The notes under the pieces: model-generated
Databases searched by the model: none
Told to the model about the DNA's origin: nothing
The model's input: the letters and a program-made list of their open reading frames with translations, nothing else
Assembly (NCBI RefSeq): GCF_049243625.1
Contig: NZ_CP046975.1
DNA from: Corynebacterium amycolatum
GTDB lineage: Bacteria > Actinomycetota > Actinomycetes > Mycobacteriales > Mycobacteriaceae
Reading direction: 5' to 3' (one strand)
Length of the DNA: 32,000 nt
Shown: positions 18,010 to 27,153 of the stretch, in pieces
Numbering within the stretch: position 1 is the stretch's first letter
How the letters are laid out: every line of letters begins with the position of its first letter
Made by a program: the position numbers and the translations under genes

Positions 18010-19543
18010 TCCGAAGGGTTTCATGAAATTCCAGCGCGAAGAGCCTGCTCATCGTCCGGTTCCGCTGCGTCTGATGGACTGGAAAGAGGTCTATGAGGAG
18101 CAGGACAAGGGGCAGCTGCAGCAGCAGGCTTCTCGCTGCATGGACTGCGGCGTGCCGTTTTGTCACTCGGCCTGCCCGCTGGGCAACATCATTCCGGAGT
18201 GGAATGACCTGGTTCGTCAGAACCGCTGGCACGAGGCTTTCGAGCGCTTGCACGCCACCAATAACTTTCCCGAGTGGACCGGTCGCCTGTGTCCGGCTCC
18301 GTGCGAGGGCGGTTGTGTGCTCGGCATCAACGACGATGCGGTGACCATTAAGAGTATTGAGCTGGCCATCGTTGAACGCGGCTTCGATGAGGGCTGGGTG
18401 CAGCCGATTGTGCCGACTTTCGACACCGGTCAGCACATCGCTGTTATCGGCTCCGGTCCGGCGGGCCTTGCTGCAGCACAGCAGCTGACTCGCGCCGGGC
18501 ATGATGTCACGGTCTTCGAGCGTGACGACAAGATTGGTGGTCTGATGCGCTACGGTGTACCGGACTACAAGATGGAGCAGCGCTTCCTCGACCGTCGCCT
18601 TGAGCAGATGGAGATTGAGGGCACCGAGTTCCGCACCAACGTCTCACCGACCGCCGCTGACCTGGCCGAATTCGACGCGGTTGTTCTAGCTACCGGTGCG
18701 TCACTTGCCCGTGACCTACCTGTCGATGGTCGTGACCTCGAGGGCATTCACCAGGCTATGGAGTACTTGCCGGGCGCCAACCGCGTTGCCGTAGGCGAGC
18801 TCGACACCCCGCCAATTGATGCCAAGGGCAAGAAGGTTGTCGTCATCGGTGGTGGCGACACCGGCATTGACTGCTTCGGTACCGCGCTGCGCCAGGGAGC
18901 GGTGTCCGTCACGCAGTTCGATATCCGTCCGCGGGCTCCGAAGTCCCGTGCGGCGTCGACTCCGTGGCCGATGTATCCGCTGGTCTGGCGCGTAGCTACT
19001 GCCCACGAAGAAGGTGAGTACACCATCACCGGTTCCGAGCCGCCAGAGGTTACCGAGGCGCTCGGCCTTAACGCTCGCGTCACCGGTGAGACGCTGGGCA
19101 AGCGCGTCTTCAACGTCAACACCGTCTCCTTCCACGGCGAGGACGGTCACGTGACCGGTCTGTCCGCCAACGAGGTCGAGGTCATCGATGGGAAGCGCGT
19201 GCCCATGGAGGACACGGATTTCGAGCTCGATGCCGACCTAGTTCTCATTGCTCTGGGCTTCTCCGGCCCGGAGCGCGGGGGCCTGCCGCATGAGCTGGGG
19301 ATTCAGTTCAACGATCGCGGTGTGATGATGCGTGACGACGACTACCTCGCCGTGCGCAGCGACATCGAGCAGAACTTCGACGGTCCGGTGTTCGTGGCCG
19401 GTGACAATGGCCGTGGTGCCAGCCTAATCGTGTGGGCTATCGCCGAAGGCCGCGCCTGCGCCGAGGCCGTGGACCAGTACCTGATGGGCGAGTCCAACTT
19501 GCCTCGCGCGGTGGAGCCAGAAGACGCTCCAATTAAGTTGTAA
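18002..19543 (+). CDS. gltD: Glutamate synthase small subunit
   Basis: Fe-S Cys clusters ([18 protein letters not shown]) and the dinucleotide fold [14 protein letters not shown]. The start overlaps the gltB stop by 8 nt (ATGGCTGA), implying translational coupling. Confidence 0.95.
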   Translation: MADPKGFMKFQREEPAHRPVPLRLMDWKEVYEEQDKGQLQQQASRCMDCGVPFCHSACPLGNIIPEWNDLVRQNRWHEAFERLHATNNFPEWTGRLCPAPCEGGCVLGINDDAVTIKSIELAIVERGFDEGWVQPIVPTFDTGQHIAVIGSGPAGLAAAQQLTRAGHDVTVFERDDKIGGLMRYGVPDYKMEQRFLDRRLEQMEIEGTEFRTNVSPTAADLAEFDAVVLATGASLARDLPVDGRDLEGIHQAMEYLPGANRVAVGELDTPPIDAKGKKVVVIGGGDTGIDCFGTALRQGAVSVTQFDIRPRAPKSRAASTPWPMYPLVWRVATAHEEGEYTITGSEPPEVTEALGLNARVTGETLGKRVFNVNTVSFHGEDGHVTGLSANEVEVIDGKRVPMEDTDFELDADLVLIALGFSGPERGGLPHELGIQFNDRGVMMRDDDYLAVRSDIEQNFDGPVFVAGDNGRGASLIVWAIAEGRACAEAVDQYLMGESNLPRAVEPEDAPIKL

Positions 19544-19551
19544 ACCCTGGT

Positions 19552-22191
19552 TTAGTTCACCACTATGTCGCCGCGTGCTCCCATTTCGGCATGCACCATC
19601 TGGTGGTCAACAAAGCGGTACGTGCCCGGCTCCGGGAATTCGGCCTCAACATAACCACCCTGCGCGGCACCGAGGTCAAGGGCTTGGGCGCCGCCCACGC
19701 CGTCGTCAAGCAAAAGCGTTCCCTCTTTGTACACGCGATGGAACTGCGTACCGACGATGTGGAAGCTCGTGCCCTTGTTGGGGCCTGCGGCCAGTAACCA
19801 GAAACGTACCGTCTCACCTGCGCGAATGCGGATGGGGTGGGTGAGATACTGGTCGGGGTAACCGTTGAACTTGTAGATATCCGGATCCTCGGCCATGACC
19901 TTGTCGGCATCGGGGCCGGCTTCGCCCCAGTAGCTTTCGGACTGCACCAGAAGAACTTCGTGGTCGACTTCTGCGAGGCTCGGCGGGTCAATGATGACCG
20001 CACCGTGCATGCCGGCAGCGATGTGCATGGACATGGGCATGGTTGCGCAGTGGTACATCCAGATGCCCGCCCGGTCGGCGCGGAAGCGGTACTCAAGCTT
20101 CTCGCCAGGGGCAATGTCTCGCATCGGCTCATCCGGCGAGACAATGCCCGCGTGGAAGTCGATGGAGTGACTCATCGTGCCATCGTTAATGAGCGTGACG
20201 ACGAACTCGTCGCCCACCTTGCCGCGCAGGGTTGGCCCCAGCGGTTTGCCGTTGAATACCCAATGCTGCTGCTCGACGCCAGGGGCAGCGTAGCCGGTGA
20301 ACTCGCTGGCTCTCAGGGTGACGTGGTGGACTGTAGTGTCCTCGGCGGGCGCCAATATTGGATTAATGGTAGGGGAGTCTGGGCCGGGTTGCTCGCCGAC
20401 ATTCCCGAGCGCACCGGGAGTGGCATGGTCAGCGTGGTTGCCACGTCCGGTGTGGTGTGAATGATCAGTGCTACCTGTATTGACCGTGAGCGTCATGCCC
20501 ATCTGGCGGTGACCAGCAATGGTGCACCAGCCGTCAATGTCACCGGGAACAACCGGCACTTCAATGGTGGCGGAGTTGCCAGGGGCGACACGTCCGGTGT
20601 CCTCGCCGGTGGCCAAGCGCAGATCGTGGACCTGGGAATCAGCGTTGACCATGGTGATGACCAGGCGGTCACCGGGGTTGACCTCGATGATGTTTGGGGT
20701 GTACGTCATATCGTTGGCGGTAACCGTGACCTCGACGGTCTCGCCGGTGGGTGCGATATCGCCGGTGGTTTCAATGCTGCCCGTTCCGCCGCCACCGCTC
20801 AGCGCAACACCAATAGTCACTACCAGACCCAATACAGCCAGAGCGGCGGTAGTTTGAGCACCGAGTCGACGTGCAGTTGCGTGCAGTTCGACCGGCTTCG
20901 GCGTTGCTTCTTTGTTGGCCCGTGCCTTCTGACTTTCTTTCAGCGCACCAATCTGAGCCTTCGCGGCACGACCGACAAGTGGCAGATAAGACACCAAGGC
21001 AAGGGAGACCATTGCGGAGACCGCCACTTTGGCCCAGGAAGGCAGCGGCATTAGCCACAGTGCCAGACCAATATTGATGATCGACCAGCGGAATGCGCCC
21101 GCGCGGTCAAGTTCCTTCATACCGGCAGAGACTGGGCCAGCACCTCCGCCGATGGTGGCGGGCAAGAGTTGGCTCATCATGCCGATAAGCAATTGTGCGC
21201 CGAAACCGATTACCAGCGGCAGCGTAAGGGATGAGATTACGAAGCTGCCGTCAAGCGCCTTGACTGTGGCAACTGTGAGTGTGCCGATCAGCCAGACGGC
21301 CGCAGCCGCAACAGACAGCGCCGGGTAGCTGAGGCGGTCGCGGGGGTCTTTAGCGACAGTCATGACGTTGTGCGCCCACGGAATGGCGGCTATAACCCAG
21401 CCGATAGTGATGATGCCAAGGCCGACGGAGGCGAACCAGTTGAAGCTGGTCAGTGCACCGATTGTGGTAGTCGCGATACCTATGAGCTGTACTGCTAGTG
21501 CCAGCTTCGGGCGGGAATGCGGCGACATCTGGGTTCGCCACAGCGCTGGGAACATGGTGATGAGCGTGCCGCAGGCCGCGAGCCCGAGGAAGCCAATAAG
21601 GTTGATGGCTTCATGTGCCAGTAGGAGGTCGTCGTGAAGCGCTTCGCCCTTCGGAGATGCGAGGATGGCGCCGAGCGTGGCGCCGATCGGCAGTAGGCAT
21701 GCCGACGCGACGTAGTACGCAACGGAGATGGCGAATGGTCGATCGCGTTTCGCTACCAGGTCGCGTCCGAGGGAAATCGCATGCCATGCGACGGCGACGC
21801 CGACGACCGCCGCGCCGGCCGTGGTCACTGGCCACCAATCGCCCAGCTTGCCGACGACCGTTGCGACAATGCCCGCGTTGAGCAGGTAAATGTTTGCTAA
21901 CTGAATGTGCCGATTGCCATCGGGCACATCGATTTTCAGTAGTTTCTCGGTGAAGTGGCGGCCCCAGATAAGGATGGAGTTAGTGACGGCGCCGAGGGTA
22001 AAGAGGTGCACCAACAGCCAGCGCCCATCGGTGACAAATGGGTGGACTAATGCGGCCACAATGATGGCAGCGAACCACCAGCGCACCGGCATACCGGCCT
22101 TGCGATGCCAGGACATGCGGTGACTCTTGCCAGGTTTAGAAGGGGGTTTGGTTGTGGGGGCTTGGGGCTCTGGTGTGGCGGGCGACGACAT
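19552..22191 (-). CDS. Membrane-anchored multidomain copper nitrite reductase (NirK-type core) with an N-terminal polytopic membrane domain and an extra cupredoxin domain
   Basis: 879 aa. Residues ~30-470 form about 10-13 hydrophobic helices. Residues ~480-570 form a cupredoxin with type-1 Cu ligand spacing (QVHDL ... WCTIAGHRQMGM). A His-rich linker follows (TDHSHHTGRGNHADHATPG). The NirK core carries SHSIDFHAG (T1 and T2 His), YHCATMPMSMHIAAGMHG (T2 His, T1 Cys/His/Met), FHIVGTQFH and a C-terminal VDHQMVHAEMGARGDIVV. Confidence 0.8.
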   Translation of the reverse strand: MSSPATPEPQAPTTKPPSKPGKSHRMSWHRKAGMPVRWWFAAIIVAALVHPFVTDGRWLLVHLFTLGAVTNSILIWGRHFTEKLLKIDVPDGNRHIQLANIYLLNAGIVATVVGKLGDWWPVTTAGAAVVGVAVAWHAISLGRDLVAKRDRPFAISVAYYVASACLLPIGATLGAILASPKGEALHDDLLLAHEAINLIGFLGLAACGTLITMFPALWRTQMSPHSRPKLALAVQLIGIATTTIGALTSFNWFASVGLGIITIGWVIAAIPWAHNVMTVAKDPRDRLSYPALSVAAAAVWLIGTLTVATVKALDGSFVISSLTLPLVIGFGAQLLIGMMSQLLPATIGGGAGPVSAGMKELDRAGAFRWSIINIGLALWLMPLPSWAKVAVSAMVSLALVSYLPLVGRAAKAQIGALKESQKARANKEATPKPVELHATARRLGAQTTAALAVLGLVVTIGVALSGGGGTGSIETTGDIAPTGETVEVTVTANDMTYTPNIIEVNPGDRLVITMVNADSQVHDLRLATGEDTGRVAPGNSATIEVPVVPGDIDGWCTIAGHRQMGMTLTVNTGSTDHSHHTGRGNHADHATPGALGNVGEQPGPDSPTINPILAPAEDTTVHHVTLRASEFTGYAAPGVEQQHWVFNGKPLGPTLRGKVGDEFVVTLINDGTMSHSIDFHAGIVSPDEPMRDIAPGEKLEYRFRADRAGIWMYHCATMPMSMHIAAGMHGAVIIDPPSLAEVDHEVLLVQSESYWGEAGPDADKVMAEDPDIYKFNGYPDQYLTHPIRIRAGETVRFWLLAAGPNKGTSFHIVGTQFHRVYKEGTLLLDDGVGGAQALDLGAAQGGYVEAEFPEPGTYRFVDHQMVHAEMGARGDIVVN

Positions 22192-22248
22192 ATATCAATA
22201 ATACGCATACTGGTTGCGCATTTAATAGGGGTGCATGTAAGAGTGCTT

Positions 22249-22452
22249 TTATTTGGGCAGGTCTTCGCCGTTTTTGTAGGCCTGCCAGAACTGTGTGGTC
22301 TGCTGTGTCTGACTCATCCGGTTTTGAATCAGCATCAGGGTAGCAAGCAATAGCGTCATCACCGTTAGAACTGAAACGGCAGTAATCAATGCAGCAAGGA
22401 AGGGCTTCCGGATGATGAAAGCGCGTGCCCGACGCGTTGATGATGTGCTCAC
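22249..22452 (-). CDS. Hypothetical small single-pass membrane protein (67 aa)
   Basis: GTG start at 22452. The translation has a basic N-terminus (RRARAFIIRK) followed by one hydrophobic helix (PFLAALITAVSVLTVMTLLLATLMLI). It is on the same strand as the NirK-type gene and 57 nt upstream of it. There is no recognisable family, so coding status is unproven. Confidence 0.4.
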   Translation of the reverse strand: MSTSSTRRARAFIIRKPFLAALITAVSVLTVMTLLLATLMLIQNRMSQTQQTTQFWQAYKNGEDLPK

Positions 22453-22691
22453 GGAGAAAGTGTAACCCTTTTGTCAAAAACGATTGTTTGAGTATTCACG
22501 CAAATACTTCCGTGAATAAGCATCTCAATAAAGAGGCGATTTTGCATTAATTGGAATCGTCGGGAAGTGGTTACGTTAGAAGTTAGTTTGTACAGCTAGT
22601 TATATGAATGTAAACAGATTGAAGCTTCGGTAAATAGTTGGCGAAACATTGTTTTACCAGGGAGGATGACGGGTGGAAAGGGTGGCTTTTT

Positions 22692-22715
22692 GGCTACCCG
22701 AACGATGGGGTAGCC
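22692..22715 (+). other. GC-rich hairpin (8-bp stem GGCTACCC/GGGTAGCC, 8-nt loop) in the leader of the glycan operon
   Basis: Read directly. It is about 105 nt upstream of ATG 22820. No U-run follows on either strand, so it is not a canonical terminator. Confidence 0.3.
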
Positions 22716-22819
22716 CATTGGAGTAGAGGGCTGTAAATGTAGTTCATATCGCATAGTATGCCAAGCCTGTGGAACGCATTGTGCGTAGGAAAATTTAACC
22801 AGCAATAAAAGGCATAAGA

Positions 22820-24696
22820 ATGTTTATCCGAGACTGGAAGCAGCTCGCCTGGTGTGTATTTGATGTACTCGCCTGGCTGGTTGCGCTGTCCGCCGCTAAT
22901 GGAATCGTCCGCGGTGAATTGGTATCTTTCTCTGAAATATCAGGCACTAATTTTTTGGTTGTCGCTGTCGCCGTGGTAGTCATCGTCCTGCTTGGCCTGC
23001 TGCTCGGGGAGTACACCAACCCGCAACGCGTATGGCCCGGCAGTCGAACTGAAGATATTGTTCTGCTGAGCATCAGCATGGGGGGCGCTACCGCAGCCAC
23101 TGGTTTGGCTCAAATTCTGAAGACCTTCCCGGAAATTGCGTGGTACGTTCCGTTCGCCGGTGGCTGTGTCGCAACTTTGGCAAGTATCTATACCCGAACT
23201 CTCGCTCGCTGGATTACCGATAACTTTGGCACCCGCCAGACGGATGATCGCTTGATTGTTCTCGGTGCAGGCCGTCGAGCCAAGTTTTTTATTAACAGCC
23301 TTACGGATTCCGGTATTTCCCGTGAGAACCGCTTCCACTTGGTTGGAATCGTCGATCCCGAAGAAAGCGGTGAGAACCATATTTCTCGTATCCATGGTCT
23401 CCGCGTGATTCGTGGCATTGATCAGTTGGGCGAAGTCGCATCGCGCACTTCGGCGCAGTCGGTCATCATTGCGACTAATGAGCCACTGTCCACTGAGTGC
23501 ATCAATGTCCTCAACCACATTTGTGAGGAATCGTCCCTGCGCCTGCTTATTCTGCCGCCGGTGGAGGAGTACTCGCGCCACCGTGGCGCTGTCGCTACCT
23601 CGCAGGTGCGCGAAATTAACATCGCCGACCTCATCGGCCGCCAGCCGCTGCACCTGGATGAATCCAAGGTCGCTTCGATAATCCGCGGTAAGAAGGTGCT
23701 GGTCACAGGCGCTGGCGGTTCTATCGGTTCCGAGATCTGCCGACAGGTTCACCGCTTTGAGCCGGCAGAAATTATCATGCTGGATCGCGATGAGGGCGGC
23801 TTGCATGCCACTCAGCTGTCGCTGACGGGTTCGGCGCTTCTCGACGGCTCCGATACCGTCTTGGCTGATATCCGTGACGCGGAAATGCTGACGCAGATCT
23901 TCACCGAGCGCAAGCCCGATGTTGTCTACCATGCTGCAGCTCTCAAGCACCTGCCGCTGCTGGAGAGCTACCCTGCAGAAGCAGTGCAAACCAATGTCAT
24001 CGGAACCCAGAACGTCCTGGATGCAGCCGCTGCGGCCAATGTTTCAACCGTTATTAATATTTCCACGAAAAGGCTGCGAACCCAGCCTCGATTCTGGGTG
24101 AATCCAAGCGCGCCGCAGAACGTCTGACTGCGCACATGGGGCAAACTCACGAAGGTGTCTGGGCATCTGTCCGCTTCGGTAACGTGTTTGGCTCGCGTGG
24201 CTCGGTCATTACGACTTTCCAGCGTCAGATTGAAGAGGGCGGCCCGGTTACGGTGACGCACCCTGACGTTCAGCGCTACTTCATGACCATTCCGGAGGCA
24301 TCGCAGCTGGTGCTGCAGGCTACCGTTATTGCAGAGTCCGGTGAGACTCTGGTGCTGGAGATGGGTGAGCCGGTCAAGATTGCTGAGCTGGCGGAGAACC
24401 TTATCAGGCTCCATGACGCAGACGTAGAGATTGTCTACACGGGTCTTCGCGAAGGTGAGAAGATCTCCGAGGACTTGGTTGATGACCGCGAGGTTCCCAA
24501 GATTGGTGATCGTCATCCGCTGATTACTGAGGTACGTGTTGAGCCGGAACGGCTGAATTCGCGGATTCTCCCGTGCACACATAATCACGATGCTGCACGT
24601 CGTTGGCTTGCAGAGCACGGTGGGGCGCAAAGCAGTATTGCGGCGTATCCCGCTGGTGCACAATCACTTGCAACCGCTAGCTCGAAGGCAAAATAG
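22820..24696 (+). pseudogene. PglF/CapD-like membrane-anchored UDP-GlcNAc 4,6-dehydratase (Polysacc_synt_2 family), interrupted by a 1-nt frameshift near 24067-24071
   Basis: ORF 22820..24127 is in frame 2. It has N-terminal TM helices, the Rossmann motif VLVTGAGGSIGSE and HAAALKHLP, and reads ...VINIST and then nonsense. The family sequence continues in frame 1, which is open from 24058: EKAANPASILGESKRAAERL...RFGNVFGSRGSV...RYFMTIPEA, ending at 24696. The junction coincides with the conserved STDKA-type motif and the run AAAA at 24068-24071. Confidence 0.75.
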
Positions 24697-24714
24697 TTAG
24701 GATGACTCCCCACC

Positions 24715-25959
24715 GTGACAATCACCAGCTCCTCTAACTCCGGGCAGCTGGCGCAAAGAGTTCGAACAGTTGCGACGATTTCGGCAGCTTCAGCGCTGGC
24801 CGCAATCGTCGCTTTTGTGGTCAGTATTCTTTCCGCGCGAGTGCTGGGGCCCGCCGGTCGAGGCGAGGTCGCTACCGTTTTGCAGTTCGCCTATATTGTG
24901 GCGCCCTTCGTCGGCTTTGGGGCCGATCGGCTTTTGCTGCGCCGCGATGATTACGACCACGGTCTCATTCCGAGTGGTTTCGCCATGACTGTGGTCGCTC
25001 TGATTGCCTGTGCCATCGCAGGTGTCGTCTACGGACCGTGGACGGCAATGGCCGGCGTTGTCGCCTTGGTTACCGTGTCATTTTCCATGGTTCGTGCGAT
25101 GGCTATCAGCCGCCATCGAGTGTCTTTCTTTGTCGCAGTATTCGTCGGTTTCCAGGGCTCAGTACTGCTGATTAGCACTGCATTGTATTTTGCAGGAGTC
25201 GAGGACTGGCGCTGGTGGGCTGCGGCCTATATCTTCCCGGCGCTGCCCCTGGCAATCTGGTCGCTAGCGAAGTCACGCAAACACACCGATTCCCGTGTTG
25301 GCGGAGTGGTAGAGACGGCTCGAACAAATGCCCCATTCATCGCATCGGGCCTGGGACCGCTGACGACGACACGCTTGGGGCGCGTTTTACTGCCGGCGCT
25401 GGCCTCACCGGCGTCGTTAGGCCTTTTCGTGGTCGTGGCTACGGCGACAGAGCCGCTGTATTGGGTCGCGCAATCGGTCGCCGATCAGCGCACCAGCGAC
25501 CAGAGGGGTCGCGAACTCACCCCGTCTCGTGTGCTCCGACACCTTGGCATAGTCACTGCAGCGTACGGCGCGCTTGGTGCGCTCGGTGGTGTGGCACTCT
25601 ACTTCCTCATCGTGCCGGTATTCGGCCATGAGTTTGAGCCTGCCCGGGAGTTGGTGCTGCCACTGACTATCGCGGCCGTGGTGCTCGGCTGCTACCGACA
25701 CCTGTGCGGTGAAATTCTCGGCAGCGACAATCCCCGTCGAATTGGCCGAGTGGAGCTCATTTCCGCCGTTATCGCTGTCATTTGTTACCCGATTGGCATT
25801 CTTCTCGGAGACGCCCTCGGCCTCGCGTGGACTAGCGCAGTTGTCTATTTTGCAGCAGCCGTGGTTGCGGCAGTGGCGCTAATGCGGCCAACCGGAGGCC
25901 AGAAGAATCCATCAACTACCACCGAAGAACTCCCCGTCGACGTAATCGAGGAAAGCTAA
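24715..25959 (+). CDS. Wzx-like oligosaccharide flippase (MOP/polysaccharide-biosynthesis family membrane protein)
   Basis: 414 aa with about 12 hydrophobic helices. The N-terminal pattern SILSARVLGPAGRGEVA is typical of Wzx-type proteins. GTG start with AGGA 12 nt upstream. Confidence 0.7.
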   Translation: MTITSSSNSGQLAQRVRTVATISAASALAAIVAFVVSILSARVLGPAGRGEVATVLQFAYIVAPFVGFGADRLLLRRDDYDHGLIPSGFAMTVVALIACAIAGVVYGPWTAMAGVVALVTVSFSMVRAMAISRHRVSFFVAVFVGFQGSVLLISTALYFAGVEDWRWWAAAYIFPALPLAIWSLAKSRKHTDSRVGGVVETARTNAPFIASGLGPLTTTRLGRVLLPALASPASLGLFVVVATATEPLYWVAQSVADQRTSDQRGRELTPSRVLRHLGIVTAAYGALGALGGVALYFLIVPVFGHEFEPARELVLPLTIAAVVLGCYRHLCGEILGSDNPRRIGRVELISAVIAVICYPIGILLGDALGLAWTSAVVYFAAAVVAAVALMRPTGGQKNPSTTTEELPVDVIEES

Positions 25960-25962
25960 ACA

Positions 25963-27153
25963 ATGCGAATCACTTATATCCACCAGCACTTTGTTCTCCC
26001 CGGTGAGCCGGGTGGTTCCCGACCCTACGAGTTTGCCCGCCGAATGGCCGCTGTAGGCCACGAGGTGACAATGATCTGTGGTCGCGATGAGGCCATGGAT
26101 AAAACTGTTGATGGCATCCACGTGCGTCGTCTAGCGATTCCGTACCGCAATGAAATGTCGAAGCGCGAGCGCATCGTCAGTTTCTTCAACTTCCTAGTGC
26201 GCGCCTCCGCGGTTGCTGCCCGTGTGCCTGCCGACGTGATTTACGCGTCCTCGACTCCGCTGACTGTGGCGGTTCCGGGAATTGTGGCGAAGTTTACTCA
26301 GCGTGCACCGTTGGTGGCGGAGATCCGTGACCTGTGGCCAGAGGTGCCGATCAAGTTGGGCTATCTCAATAATCCGGTCGCGATTTTCCTGGCTAAGCAG
26401 CTGGAGAAGGCATTCTATGCGGCATCGAGCGAGGTGGTGGCGCTGTCGCCGTCGATGGCCGATGGCGTCAAAGAGGTAGCTCCGAAGAAGCGCGTGACCG
26501 TCATTCCAAATGCGTCGGACTTTGAGCGCTTTGATATCCCGGCCGAGCAGCGTGCGGCTTTCCGCAAGGAGCAGGGCTGGGGCGATGATGTGGTGGCCGT
26601 CTACGCCGGTGGTTTTGGCATGTCCTACCAGCTGGAGTGGCTTGTGGATTTGGCGGCGCAGCTGCGTCGTGATGGCGTGGAGAATGTGCGCTTTGTCCTG
26701 CTGGGGCAGGGAAGCGACTCGGATGCGTTGTACCAGCGCGCTGAGAACGCTGGTCTCGATGCCGATGCGATGTTCCTCGGCCGTCAGCCGAAGGAAGATG
26801 TCGCCAAGTACGTGTCTGCCGCCGATATCGCGCTATCGCCGCTGCGTGATGACCCCTGCCTGGAGGGCAACTCCCTGAACAAGGTCTTCGATGCCATGGC
26901 CGCATCGCGTCCGGTGGTGTTCAACCACGGTGGCTGGCTGGAGGAAGCCGCAACCGAGCACGATGCCGGTTGGCGTCTCTCGCGCGATATTCCGACCGCG
27001 GCCAAGCGATTCGCTGAGATCATCTCCGACCGCGATGAGATGCGCGCAGCGGGACAGCGAAACCGCGAACTGGGTGAGAAGCGTTTTGCTCGTGACAGCC
27101 TGTACAACCAGCTCATCGAGGTACTCAACCGCGTCCGAAAGGTTCAGAAGTAA
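25963..27153 (+). CDS. Glycosyltransferase family 4 (WbuB-like)
   Basis: 396 aa. The N-terminus MRITYIHQHFVLPGEPGGSRPYEFARRMAAVGHEV is characteristic of WbuB-type GT4 enzymes. The C-terminal half is GT-B fold. The start is 3 nt after the wzx-like stop. Confidence 0.85.
   Translation: MRITYIHQHFVLPGEPGGSRPYEFARRMAAVGHEVTMICGRDEAMDKTVDGIHVRRLAIPYRNEMSKRERIVSFFNFLVRASAVAARVPADVIYASSTPLTVAVPGIVAKFTQRAPLVAEIRDLWPEVPIKLGYLNNPVAIFLAKQLEKAFYAASSEVVALSPSMADGVKEVAPKKRVTVIPNASDFERFDIPAEQRAAFRKEQGWGDDVVAVYAGGFGMSYQLEWLVDLAAQLRRDGVENVRFVLLGQGSDSDALYQRAENAGLDADAMFLGRQPKEDVAKYVSAADIALSPLRDDPCLEGNSLNKVFDAMAASRPVVFNHGGWLEEAATEHDAGWRLSRDIPTAAKRFAEIISDRDEMRAAGQRNRELGEKRFARDSLYNQLIEVLNRVRKVQK

Noticed and set aside
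19552-22191. Assigning the N-terminal membrane domain of the NirK fusion to NnrS or CopD
   Set aside because: There are superficial resemblances only, such as a His-Glu-containing helix (LLAHEAINLIGFLG). Motif positions do not match what I remember of NnrS. This is left as a hypothesis to test, not a call.
22596-22805. 69-aa minus-strand ORF in the AT-rich region upstream of the glycan operon
   Set aside because: It has no Shine-Dalgarno, no hydrophobic or family features, and lies in promoter or leader DNA. It is most likely a chance ORF.
22940-23989. 349-aa minus-strand ORF within the pglF-like gene, plus similar antisense ORFs at 27144..27917, 4068..4949 and 3131..3964
   Set aside because: Each lies opposite a gene with clear family motifs and has no motifs of its own.
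24058-24075. Programmed ribosomal frameshifting or phase variation at the pglF-like frameshift site
   Set aside because: There is no canonical slippery heptamer and no obvious downstream stimulatory structure. An A4 run is too short for typical slipped-strand phase variation. A simple indel or a sequencing error is the more economical explanation.
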